From assembly GCA_964035545.1 (NCBI GenBank), contig CAXIUT010000153.1, positions 1 to 20,970 on the forward strand: a DNA stretch of 20,970 bases, written 5' to 3'. Below are positions 1 through 10,910 of this stretch, one piece after another (the stretch's first letter is position 1; every line of letters begins with the position of its first letter). A model generated the notes under the pieces. It saw only the letters and a list, made by a program, of their open reading frames with translations. It searched no databases and had not been told where the DNA came from. Source of the stretch: Bugula neritina. Its lineage: Eukaryota > Animalia > Bryozoa. A program made the translations under genes and the position numbers.

Positions 1-319
1 CACTCAAATCAGAGTGATAGGAACCAATATGGTGTCAATGATGGGAGGGATCATGGTGACAGTTGCACCCATTATTATTGACGTTTGTATTACTGGAGGG
101 TTTCCTATTATGATTATTTTTGCTATTTTATCAGGAGTCAGTGGATTTTTATCATCAAGATTGCCTGAAACTTTTGGGTTAATTCCTCCTGATGAGATTA
201 AATAGTTGAAAGAAATTCATGAAGAAACAATAAAGAGGAAAAGTTTACTTGAAACAACAGAAGCTTTATACAAAAAAGATGAAGTCTCTGCAAGTGGTAG
301 TGAAAAAGCAGAAGAATGA
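1..319 (+). CDS. MFS transporter, SLC22/organic cation transporter-like, paralog 1 (5'-truncated)
   Basis: Frame from nt 2 reads TQIRVIG...RLPETFG...; it reads through TAG 203-205 (Glu) to TGA 317-319. The (P)TQxR and LPET motifs are typical of SLC22/Sugar_tr C-termini and match the three downstream copies. Confidence 0.85.
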
Positions 320-397
320 TATAATAGCTTAAATTCTTATCATATCTAACACTAAATATCTTTAAAATATCTAACACTCAATACCTTACAACAACTA

Positions 398-1989
398 ATG
401 AGCAACGAATAACAGTTAATTTAATCCCAAGATAAAGAATCGCCAACTTACTTTTCCTTGATGTAGAAGGTGGGAACAGCTGGAAGGTACCAACTGCTAA
501 CAATGATGGTTTGGATATCGACATTGTATATCGGTGGAGGTCTGATGATGATACTCCCTTCCTATTTTACCAAGCCGACTACAACTGCCCATCTGAATAC
601 CTGATAGAAACAGTTGTCTCAAATACATCTGTTCATTGAATCCATCTGATCGTACCCAATACATTCCTTCATAAACTTTTGACTCTTTGGTCAACACTGT
701 TCGAGATTACCGTTGTTAGACTTCTTAGTTGGATTTAGTGATAGCTATAATGTATGGAGGGTGTTTATTGGGTATATTTGTTTTGTCTGTGATAGGAGAT
801 GTCTATGGTCGTTGGACTTTGATGCTGGTTAATAAGATATTGATACTGATTGGAGTGGTTGTGACTGGGTTGAGTGGTGGTCTATGGGTGGGTGGACTAG
901 GGATGTTTTGTTTGTATGGTAGGATGTAAAAATAGTATCAATTTGGTTTATATCTATATTCCCTAAACCATATAGCCTGTTAAAGCTAAGCAGGCTATGA
1001 GCATAGTTATGATATTTTTTGCTGTAGGAGCACTAATGAACGTTCCTTGGTTCTATTCATAAAAGATTATAAAACTATTTTATTTGTCTGTTTTGCAATA
1101 CCTGAAGCAATATCAATTATCATTTTGATTCTTTATATCAAAGATGTGCCTATTAGTTTGGTAAATAACTACAGTGAGGTGCTATCATCTTTAAAACATA
1201 TATCTAAAATAAACAAGAAAGAGTTTAATTTATCTCTTGTTTAGTTAACAAAAACAATCTAAAAAATAAAATAAAATCAAAGAGAAAATAAAATAGCTAA
1301 CAATAATCAAGATTTACGATAATGGATTTATTTCGTTATCGATCTCTTCTAAAAATAACAACAATATTCATTTTACTATAATTCACAATAAGTCCTTTCA
1401 TATAATAGTCCAACTCTAATGCTAAACCAATTTTAATTCAACATATTTATCAATGACATCTTCGTACAAATAGCCCAAATCATCGCATATACGTCTAGTA
1501 TATTTATTACTCCTAAATTTTTAAGGAGAAATTTATCCTTTATATATTTCTCTACTTGTTTCGTCAGCTCTTTTATTTTGATTTTTGTGTGGTAGCAAAA
1601 CAAATCAAATGATGAGGATGTAGCAATGGTGTTGTAGTTTTGTTTTTTGTTATTTTGATACAGTTGACCATTACTTTGCAGTTTCCTGTCTTCTATATCT
1701 TTTTGAATTAACTGCTGCCTACGCAAGTTAGAGTTATTGGAATTGGACTGGTAGAGACCTTTGGATCTTTAATTTTGATGCTTATTCAGCCTTTGATCAG
1801 TGTTTGTATTAAAAATTAGTTTCCTATCATGGCTATATTTGCATCGCTTGCTGCTGTTAGTATTTTTTGGGGTGTATATGTTGCCTTTAGACTTATGGAC
1901 AGGCTCCTGCTTAGATAATATAAGAACTAAAATGTAAAAGTGGTATTAAATCTATCTAATTATAAAAGCTTAAAAGACCTTAAATATGA
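398..1989 (+). CDS. MFS transporter, SLC22-like, paralog 2 (many 1-nt frameshifts; sequencing error or pseudogene)
   Basis: ATG 398; VGTAGRYQ N-terminal motif, Cys-containing first loop, GDVYGR loop motif, NELLPTQVR, LP-ETYG; TGA 1987-1989. Roughly 8-10 single-base indels are needed to keep alignment with the paralogs. Confidence 0.8.
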
Positions 1990-2024
1990 TATTGTTTATA
2001 ATTTCCTCAATAATTTTGAACTTT

Positions 2025-3730
2025 ATGAACAATAAATATTCAAATTTAGAAAATTCATAAAAAAATAATACAAAAAAATGATATAGTAAAAGATGATTCC
2101 TAAATAGCCTCCAGATAAAAATCATATTTCCAGCTGATGTAGAGAGTGTGGCACGATGGGCAGGTACCAAATTCTAATGTTATTTCTTTGGATGTTGACT
2201 CTCTACATCGCGGGTGGACTCATGATGATGACTCCTTTTCTATTCTTCTAAGACGACTACGACTGCAAAGGTCTCTATCCTGACAGCAAAGCCTGTCTCG
2301 AGTATGTTTGCACCTTAACCGATGACGAGAAGCAGCAATATATTCCTGTTAAAAGTTTCCACTCGCTTGTTAATAAGTTTGGCGACTACCGCTGCGAGGC
2401 TTCTGAGATAGATTTGATTATCACTTGATGTATAGCGGTGGACTTCTGGGCATGTTCGTGGTATCCCTTTCTGGGAGACGTTTTTGGCAGAAAAACTTTG
2501 ATTCTATCAAACATGATTATTATTCTAATGGGAGTGCTTGTTACCATTTTCAGTGTTAATGTGTGGATGGGCGGTGCAGGTATGTTTCTATGCATGGTTG
2601 GGACTAAAACTTCAAGTAATCTTTGCTATATCTATGTGATATAAAGTATCTAATAGAAATATTCTAAAAAGTTTATTAGTATTATTATGAGTTTCTTTGC
2701 AATTGGAGCCTTATTTTCTGTTTTTTGGTTCTATCTTATTTTAAAACTTCTAAACTGTGATTAAAACTGTGATTATTTATTGCTATGGAATACCTCTTGT
2801 TATTGCCATAATCATACTAACTTTTTTTATTACTGAAACACCAATTTGTCTTGTTAGAAAATTATCTTCTTAAAAGGTCTTATAAAAATTATAATTTATC
2901 GCTAAATTCAACAAAAAGTAAGATTTCGATTTAACTCTTTAATAACTTGATAAAATAATCGATGATTTAAATCAAAATGACTTTAAAAAAGGATAAAAAA
3001 GAAAGAAATTCAGTATATTAGACTTATTTAGATATAAATCTATAAGAAATATCACTCTAATGGTAGTTTTACTAGATAGTACAATTAGTTTATAATACTT
3101 CAGTCCTACTCTTATGTTGGACCAGTTCAATTTCAACATATTTATCAATGGAATCGTCGTATAGTCGTCTCAAGTGTTTCCCTACTTGTTTAGCACTATT
3201 TTGATATCAAGATTTTAGAGAAAGAAGTTATCGTACATAAATTTTACCACATGTTTTGTCAGTTCCTTCGTGCTTGTTTTTATCTGGGACCAAAACAAAT
3301 CAGAAACAACTGAAATCGGCAACAGTATCGCCGTTCTTATCTGTGTCTTCTTTATACAAGTTACCATGACGATCGAGTTCGCTGTCTTCTACGTTCACAT
3401 CAACGAACTGTATCCGACTCAGGTCAGAGTCATTGGAGTCGGTCTTGTCGCATCTTTCGGAGCTCTTGGTCCTTGACACTCACTCAGCAAATTATTAGCG
3501 TTTGTATCTAGAGTGGGTTTCCTATTATGATCATCTTTACTGTTCTGGCTGCCTTGAGCTTGGTCTGTACCTATCGACTTCCTTAAACCTTTGGAAAGCT
3601 ACCAGCTTAGGTGATATAGTAGTTAAAGAATAAAGACAACTTGCAAAAGCACTAAGATGTTTCGTAAGAAGAAAAAATCAACTTAACTCCACAAAAATCA
3701 AAAGAAGAGAACAATGAATTCTTATCCTGA
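2025..3730 (+). CDS. MFS transporter, SLC22-like, paralog 3 (several frameshifts)
   Basis: GTMGRYQ, GDVFGRK, DLFRYKS, NELYPTQVR, LPETFG (E=TAA 3584); TGA 3728-3730. The start is tentative (ATG 2025 requires an indel in the A-run near 2075). Confidence 0.82.
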
Positions 3731-3780
3731 TAACTATTTGTTCATTTGCTTAATATTAATTTAAATAGCTGACTAACTCG

Positions 3781-5392
3781 ATGCGGGATGAAGAGAAACT
3801 GGTTGAAACGGCCAAGTAAAACGAATAGTCATAAGCTGGTAATATATATTTCTTTTGATGTAGAGGGTAGGAGCAAAGGGTCGATATCAGAACTTTTTAT
3901 TTGCTTTGTATTCTCTTTTTTTTTATGCTTTAGGAGGGATTCAGTTGATGACACCTTTTTTATTTTACCAGGACCCTTATAATTGCAACGATATGTTTCC
4001 TGATTAGAAAAGTTGTACTGAGTATGTCTGTGCAAAAGCATCTCAATAGGAGTTTATTCCTTAAAAAACATTTTTATCTTTGGTTAATAACTTTGGAAAT
4101 TACCGTTGTTAGAGTTAGATGTAGGAAGTAACTTTGATAATAACTGTAATGTATTCAGGTGCTTTTTTGGGTGCTTTTAGTATGGCTATTTTGGGTGATA
4201 TAGTTGGTAGAAAATCTTTGATTTTGCTTAATATCATCTTGATGATAACTGGTATCTCTGTATGTATTTGGAGTAGCAGTGTGTGGATGGGAGGTTTGGG
4301 ACTTTTGTTATGCAATTTTGCAGGTAAAAGTGGAACCAATTTAGTCTATGTGTTCATAACTGAAGTCGTATAAACCTAAAAAAGACAAATATTTTTGGTA
4401 AATATTCAAAACTTTTATTCAGTAGGAGCACTACTAAATGTACTTTGGTTCTATCTCATTGGAAACTATCGATACATTCTTATTTATTGTTATGTCATAC
4501 CAATGGCTATCGTTTTGGTTGCTTCTATTCTATTTGTAAAAGACTCTCCCATTTGCTTGGTCAACAAGTATTCACCTTAGTAAGCCTTTTAGGCGTTTAA
4601 ATTTATAGCTGAATTCAATCGCAGACAATAGCTCTAGTTGACAGTGGATGATATTTATGAGTTAAGACTAAAAATAAAGAAGCATGAGGGAAAGGAGAGC
4701 AAGGATAAGAAGGTTTTCAATATATTGGATTTATTCAGGTATGCTTCTTTAAGAAAAATTATTCTAATATCAATATTATTAGAAATAACAGTAATTTATA
4801 ATTTTTTACTCCTTCCATTATGCTCAGCCAATTTAATTTCAATATCTTCATCAATGGAATGGCTGTTTAGTCCTCCCAAATCATCTCTCAACTAGTCTGT
4901 ATGTATCTTATCACAAGAGTTAAAAGAAAAGTATTTGCTTATATTTCATTATCTGTGACTTGCGTTAGTTCTATCATACTAGTTTTTATTTGGGATCAAA
5001 ATAAAACAGAAACAACTGATATTGGTAACGGAGTGGCTGTACTTTTCTTTATCTTTCTGGTATCCTTTATGATGACTGCAGAATTTATGTTTTTTTATGT
5101 TTATATCAATTAGTTGCTACCCACTCAAGTTAGAGTTATTGGTTTGACCTTTTGTGCTACTTTTGGTGGGTTGACTCTTGCTTTTGCTTCTCAGATAGTT
5201 AATCTTTGTGTTAAGAATGATTTTCCTATTATGGTTGTCTTTGCAGCTATGGCGGGTATTAGTATTTTTGCTTCTTATTTTCTACCTTAGACATTGGGAG
5301 CGATGCCGGTAGAAATAATTGAAGAATTAATTGTAAATTAACCATAAGAATCAAGAATCAATTAGTCTCCTAAATCAAATAAAAACATGTGA
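3781..5392 (+). CDS. MFS transporter, SLC22-like, paralog 4 (several frameshifts)
   Basis: ATG 3781; VGAKGRYQ, GDIVGRK, DLFRYAS, NELLPTQVR (E=TAG 5111), LPETLG (E=TAG 5288); TGA 5390-5392. Confidence 0.82.
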
Positions 5393-5442
5393 TAAATAAT
5401 TAAAGAAGTTTTTAAGATTGAATATTATTGTTTTAATCATTA

Positions 5443-5643
5443 GAATAATTAAAAGTATCTTTTGCCTGATTGATTTCAAGATGTCTTCTTTGTTTTTCAA
5501 AAGATGATGAATAATTAAAAGTATCCTTTACATGATAAATTTCAAGATGTCTTCTTTGCTTTTCAAAAGATGATGAATAATTAAAAGTGTCTTTTGCCTG
5601 ATTGATTTCAAGATGTTTTCTTGTATGATATTTAAAAGATGAT
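5443..5643. repeat. 66-bp tandem repeat, about 3 copies
   Basis: Unit GAATAATTAAAAGTATCTTTTGCCTGATTGATTTCAAGATGTCTTCTTTGTTTTTCAAAAGATGAT starts at 5443, 5509 and 5575; the third copy diverges at its end. Confidence 0.9.
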
Positions 5644-5669
5644 TGAGATATTAATTTGATAATATTATT

Positions 5670-6427
5670 ATGGGAAATCAGCTGTGTCCAAGTAATGACA
5701 AGGAAATCATTCAAAATTTTGCATAAATATAAAAAGGATAAAAAACTTATTAAAGTCTTTTCAAGTATTGCCTTTCTCCCTAAGATGACTCATATAAAAA
5801 TCCACAAGATATGATTCATGATCTACATTAAAATAAAGAAAACATATAGTTAATTATAGATCCTTCCAACAAAAAGAAAATCATCTATTTGGTTAGATAA
5901 TAAAGTTAAGATTCTAAAATAGATTAAAAAAGTATTTCTAGGGACAGTTCAGGAAGTTTATTTGAAAAAACTAAACAAAATAGAGCAGTAGTAGTAGATC
6001 TAGTCCTTCAAGATGGATGGAAGTATTCAGGACCAATAGTTGATGGTTTGCCTGAAGGGTAAGGTTAATAATATGGACCAAATGGAGATTACTTTATTGG
6101 TCATTTTAAGAAAGGATAAAAAAGTGGATTAGGTCTTTACAATTTTTATAATTCAGCTCGATATCGAGGTTAATTCCGTCAGAATTTAATGTGGGGGTAG
6201 GAATTTTTGACTTTCAGAATGGAGATCGATTTGAAGGTCATTTTGCTAATAACGTTCGCGAAGGGAAAGGTCGTTACATTCCAAGACAGCCAAATATCGA
6301 TGGATTACTATACTTTTAGGGCTACTATAGCAAAGATGTGAAAGATGGATAAGGAGTGATGGTGTACGAGGATAGACAGGTACGTGGGATGTGGAAAGAT
6401 GGGGTATATGACTACGATATAAAATGA
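5670..6427 (+). CDS. MORN-repeat protein with a putative N-terminal acylation motif (MGNQLC)
   Basis: Repeats YSGPIVDGLPEGEG, YFIGHFKKGEKSGLG, YRGEFRQNLMWGEG, FEGHFANNVREGKG, FEGYYSKDVKDGEG; TGA 6425-6427. One 1-nt deletion near 6200. Confidence 0.85.
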
Positions 6428-6486
6428 TTTGAATTTTTTGAAGTCGTAAATAATTAGATTCAGTAAACTAATAAAAGAGTTTTCTG

Positions 6487-7770
6487 ATGATATCTGGCAG
6501 ACAACTTAATTCTAGAATTATGTTTTTAAGCCATATATTAATAAATGAACTTTCAAAACATGAGGTCGTCTTTGGATATATCTCAAAGTATAGGCAATCT
6601 CTTTCTTTTTTGTCTTCTGATTTTCTTCGTCATTCTTTGACTAACAAGCATCTTTTCAATGATTTTCAAGAAGATACTCGTTGCATGGCATTAAGGCCTC
6701 GTAGCAGTCTAGCTGTTAACTTGACTGATTTGCTTTAAAAGATAACACAGGATTAAAAATAACATGAGAAACTTCAAGTTAATCAACTGAAATCAACTTT
6801 GAATTCACTTTAGGAAAAGATCAAATATGCAAAAACGAATTTTACATGTTAAAAATCAAAGATCAGAGAAGAAAAAGCAACACATATATTTTAAGGTTTT
6901 GATTGTAATATGAAAAAAAGTAACAGATGTGAAGATCAAAGTACTCTTGCTGAAAGTATTAACGTGGTAAAAAATGAACAGCGTATTATTGATTCTTCTT
7001 TGGGTAAAATAAAAACATATTACTTGAGACTTCTCTAATCAGCTCTTTAGGGATCAAATCAAAGAGCAAACCAGCATCTTCATCTTTCCCTTAAAATACT
7101 TAAAAATGCTTATAAAATAAACTCTCCATCTTACGTAGAACTTTAATAGAAAAAAGTTAATTTACCTCGACATAAATCAGATCAAAACAAAAAAACAATA
7201 GTAATTGATATCGATTAAACTCTTCTTCATTGTTCCTAAGATCCAAATAAACCTTATGACTTCAATGTGTCAATATAAATATAAGATGGAACAATAGTTT
7301 AGGCTTATATAGCTTTGAGACCTCATGTGATAAGTTTTCTTAAGAAAATGGCCAAACATTTTGAAATAATAGCTTTTACAGCTAGTCACTAGTCATATGC
7401 AGATGTTGTTCTTGATTAGATTGATCCCAACAGATAATTTATCAGACATCGACTCTACCGGAAACATTGCATTGAAATACACTAAAAATTATATGCAAAA
7501 GATTTGAGGATACTGAATAGATAGCTTTCATAAATGGTGCTTATTGACAATGCTCCTTACAGCTACATTTTCCAACTTTAAAATGCCATACCCATCTTGC
7601 CTTATCTAGAGGGTGAAGATCAAGAATTGATGCATTTGGAGAAGTATCTTTAAGAGATGAGAAAATATGAGGATGTACGAGAGGTTAATAAGAGAATATT
7701 CAAATTGCATCAGTATAGTTTGTTTGGAGATGTGGAGGAATTGGTAAAAGAACTTTATGGAAAAAAATGA
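6487..7770 (+). CDS. FCP1/SCP-type (NIF, HAD superfamily) CTD small phosphatase-like protein
   Basis: Uninterrupted 427-aa ORF in table 30. Motifs IVIDIDETLLH (DxDxT; E=TAA 7216), LRPHV, FEIIAFTAS, YAD, RLYRKHC, KDLR, LIDN, NAIPI. The start could instead be ATG 6520. Confidence 0.92.
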
Positions 7771-8107
7771 TTACTACTTTATTTTATCTTTTTTCACTCA
7801 TCAATTGCTACTGCTTTTAACAATATTAATAGTGGATAATCTTAATAAAAGGATGTGAAGATATTTGACAATATCCATGATGATTAAATATTAGAAGTAA
7901 AGATGGGTATTATTTGAAGCGATGACTTGAAATACTACAATTAATGCAGTAGTTCGAGATATCTCCAGTTGTTGTTGGCATGGCCATTTCGATAACAGCC
8001 ATCTAAGACTGCCTCTCTTTAACATGCCTAATTATTATATCTTACCTCTTATTAAACTACACTCAATACTACCATAATTAAATAGCCATAATTAAAATCA
8101 ACTCGTA

Positions 8108-8431
8108 TCATTTATCTTTATTATTTCTATTCATAGTTCGAATAATAGTTCTAAAGATGCCACATTTTTATTTATAGCAATTTAGAAGATCATCTCTTTT
8201 CTATTTGATGCAAAGGTCGTAAATTTATTTGGAAATGTATTATAAGTTTTGTTGTTTGTTTGCTTCATCAAGGGTGACGTATTTCCCCATTCGATAGCAA
8301 CTAGCAGGAAATTAAGGATCAAAATCGTTGTCTTTTGGAATCATTACTAAAGGAGTTCTCTTTATCTAGTTACCGTCTTAAATGTTTACATCCCCTCTTT
8401 AACTGAAAAAGTCCTATTTATGTTAATTCAT
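8108..8431 (-). CDS. hypothetical protein (107 aa)
   Basis: ATG-to-TGA ORF in table 30 (MNEHKEDFFSERGDVNIEDG...) with AT-rich upstream sequence; no motif recognised. Confidence 0.45.
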
Positions 8432-8460
8432 AACAAATAATCTTTAAAAATTATTATTAA

Positions 8461-8976
8461 TCATAGATAATAACACTCACCACTTAGGAAAGTATTATTT
8501 ATCTACTGATGGCAAACCGATGCTCTGGTTAAAATCTCCTTGCCACTCTCTTCTACCTGTCCATTTATTAGGATACTAGCGGTCAAAGTCTCGGTATTTA
8601 TGAGGGAAATAGGGACTCTCATCTAGATCTTTTTGGAAATGCTGTTCAAACCTGATTGCGATAGTACTGTGCTCTTACTATGAACTTCATTGTCAGTGAT
8701 TTTTCCTGAAACTTTATGTTCCCGTTTTGATGGTGACAGCCCAGGAGTGCTTGTTTCAAGAGTTTGAGGATTATAGAAGGAAGTCTTTAGTGGAAATTTA
8801 TCATTTTCAAGTGGCTAGACATGTCTTTGAATAGGTTCATACCAGCTAATAATTCTTTTTTGCTTGTCTCCGAACCGAGCGATTTATTCTTGATGTCTAT
8901 GTCTGATCAGAGACTTATCATAGTACCTGATAGTGGGTTTAGCTCCAGGGATGTCATCTGTATACAGCGCTCTCAT
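8461..8976 (-). CDS. hypothetical protein (about 160-171 aa)
   Basis: ATG 8976 (MRALYTDDIPGAKP...) is open to TGA 8461. An optional 20-nt intron at 8557-8576 would move the stop to 8477. Confidence 0.55.
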
Positions 8977-9039
8977 GAATAAAATAATTATCAAAAATTA
9001 ATTATAGATGAAAATGTGATAAAAATAATGAAAATACAA

Positions 9040-10346
9040 TCATGGAAAAAGTGACCTGAAATCTAAATATTGACTATCTATCTCTTAGTATCTCTCGTTA
9101 TTTGAAATCATCAACTAAAATGCATCTAATCTTCCCTCATCATCTTATCCTAGATCATCTTATTGCCTCCTGAATTGGTCGAAATGAGATCGATTCTCAG
9201 GAATTATTTCGTCTTATGAGTTGGAAAAGAGGTCTACTTGGGTTTTATAACTGAAGTTTAGTGATTTAGAGAACTATTATTCGTTGATCAGGCTCTTTTA
9301 GGAAAAGAAAGGAACTTGTTCTTTGAATTTTTAGGGATTTTAGCTTGCGTTTTGAAGATATAAAGAAGAAACAGAAGGAAGATGTTAGTTGATGATTTTA
9401 GTTCTTTTAGGTTTGGTGATTTCTTATTTTAGTTCTTTTTTTTAATTTTAAAGATGTTTTTGAAGATTAGTAGTTTGTTAAATTAGAGTTTAGTTGAAGA
9501 AATTTAATTTTTTTTATAGTTTATTTTTGATTTTATTGAATTTATCAATATTTTATTTTTTGAAGACAAAACTATTTTTATTGAGTTCTCTCCAATACAA
9601 GCAATAAGCTAAATAACTAAATGATTACACTATATTTTAATCAGTCCTTCAATAGAAATAGATCTTTCATGCATATATTCAAACAATTGATAATCTTTTA
9701 TCCTTAGTTCTCTTATTTTATTTGCCCCAACAACCTTTTTCATTTATTTGTTGATAATTTTGACAACTCCATTGATAATGCTATGGACATTGGCTGTATT
9801 TCTTAATATGAGACTAAGTACACTATATTTAAAAGAATGGAAATTTGCCGAGGAGTTTTTCCTTGGTAAAAATATTAAAGAATCTTTTTTTTAATTTCTA
9901 TCTTATTATATTTTATCTAATTCATCTACTCTTTAGCTATTTCATGAGAATATCTAAGTCCAGTGATAGATACTTTATCTTGTACTCTTTTGTAGTTCTT
10001 CTGGAACCCAAAGCATGCATTTTTAGACATACAGGAGTCCATTAGTCTTTGTTGGAGGGACTTATTTCTGAAACTATCTGAATTAACGACTATATTTCCT
10101 ACTTTTATTTATTTATACTTATTTTGGCCATCTCTTAGCAGATTTGACTTGTCTTGTACTTCCTTTATTCTTACTTAAAAAATTCATCACAAATTTATTT
10201 ATTTATTATAACTGCTATTATGTATGCCAACACTAATAGTGCCATCCAACTTCATAGGTAGCCATACAAACTTGATAGACATTGATGATTGACCATTTTT
10301 TATGTGTGTATTGTTCTTAATTATGCCTGATGACAAAGATTGCCAT
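9040..10346 (-). CDS. Myb/SANT-like domain protein (408 aa, four 20-nt introns)
   Basis: After splicing 10099-10118, 9954-9973, 9802-9821 and 9609-9628 the frame is continuous to TGA 9040. It contains RWPKEEIESLIQIV...EWTPVC...RRTTKEYKIKY, a degenerate Myb repeat. The start could instead be ATG 10187. Confidence 0.7.
9609..9628 (-). other. 20-nt intron
   Basis: GTAATCATTTAGTTATTTAG; removal restores the frame to TGA 9040. Confidence 0.7.
9802..9821 (-). other. 20-nt intron
   Basis: GTACTTAGTCTCATATTAAG; removal restores the frame. Confidence 0.7.
9954..9973 (-). other. 20-nt intron
   Basis: GTATCTATCACTGGACTTAG; lies at the end of the Myb-like repeat. Confidence 0.75.
10099..10118 (-). other. 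20-nt intron
   Basis: GTATAAATAAATAAAAGTAG; removal creates the Myb motif WPKE|E. Confidence 0.8.
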
Positions 10347-10910
10347 CTGTTGATGTAATAGTTAATAACATAAAAATGATTTTTATGAGTTTTAAAGGGT
10401 ATAAATGACAAATTGAGTCAATTTTGGACTATATTAGTTGATTTGATATTAGTTTGTGGGTAGATATTGAGTATTGCGGGAGTTATAATGTTTTTATCTA
10501 TGCTACAAAATATAATTGTTTTCTTAAAATGTAAATAAAATCAATTAAAACCTCACAAATATGATAGTTTGATCTCCAATACCAATCTTTATCAAACCTA
10601 TATCTTTATAGCTATATTTTCTATAATATTTTTATCTAATCTTTTACCCCACAAACAATACAAAACAAAAACAGTTCCAATGATGATTTCCAAGTGATAA
10701 AGTATGATATCAGGTTGTTATTTAACTTTAACTTTATTTTTAAAATAAGATTAAAAGTTGCTCCCTATGATTATAAAAGATTATTCTTAACAAATTTTAT
10801 AAAAGAGCAATAATTTATAAAAAAAATAGTATATTCCTAGATAGATATTCATTATTATTTCATTATTTATTCAATAATACAATAAAATACTCTTATTTAA
10901 TATTTATCAT

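Noticed and set aside
398-5392. Euplotes-type programmed frameshifting or tiny introns as the cause of the MFS frameshifts
   Set aside because: The shifts are small indels in both directions, at different positions in each paralog, with no shared slippery motif or GT-AG insert.
5443-5643. CRISPR-like array
   Set aside because: The units are contiguous with no unique spacers, and the context is eukaryotic.
7794-8075. Possible small minus-strand gene
   Set aside because: All three minus frames are largely open because TGA is the only stop, so no frame can be chosen, and no motif was recognised.
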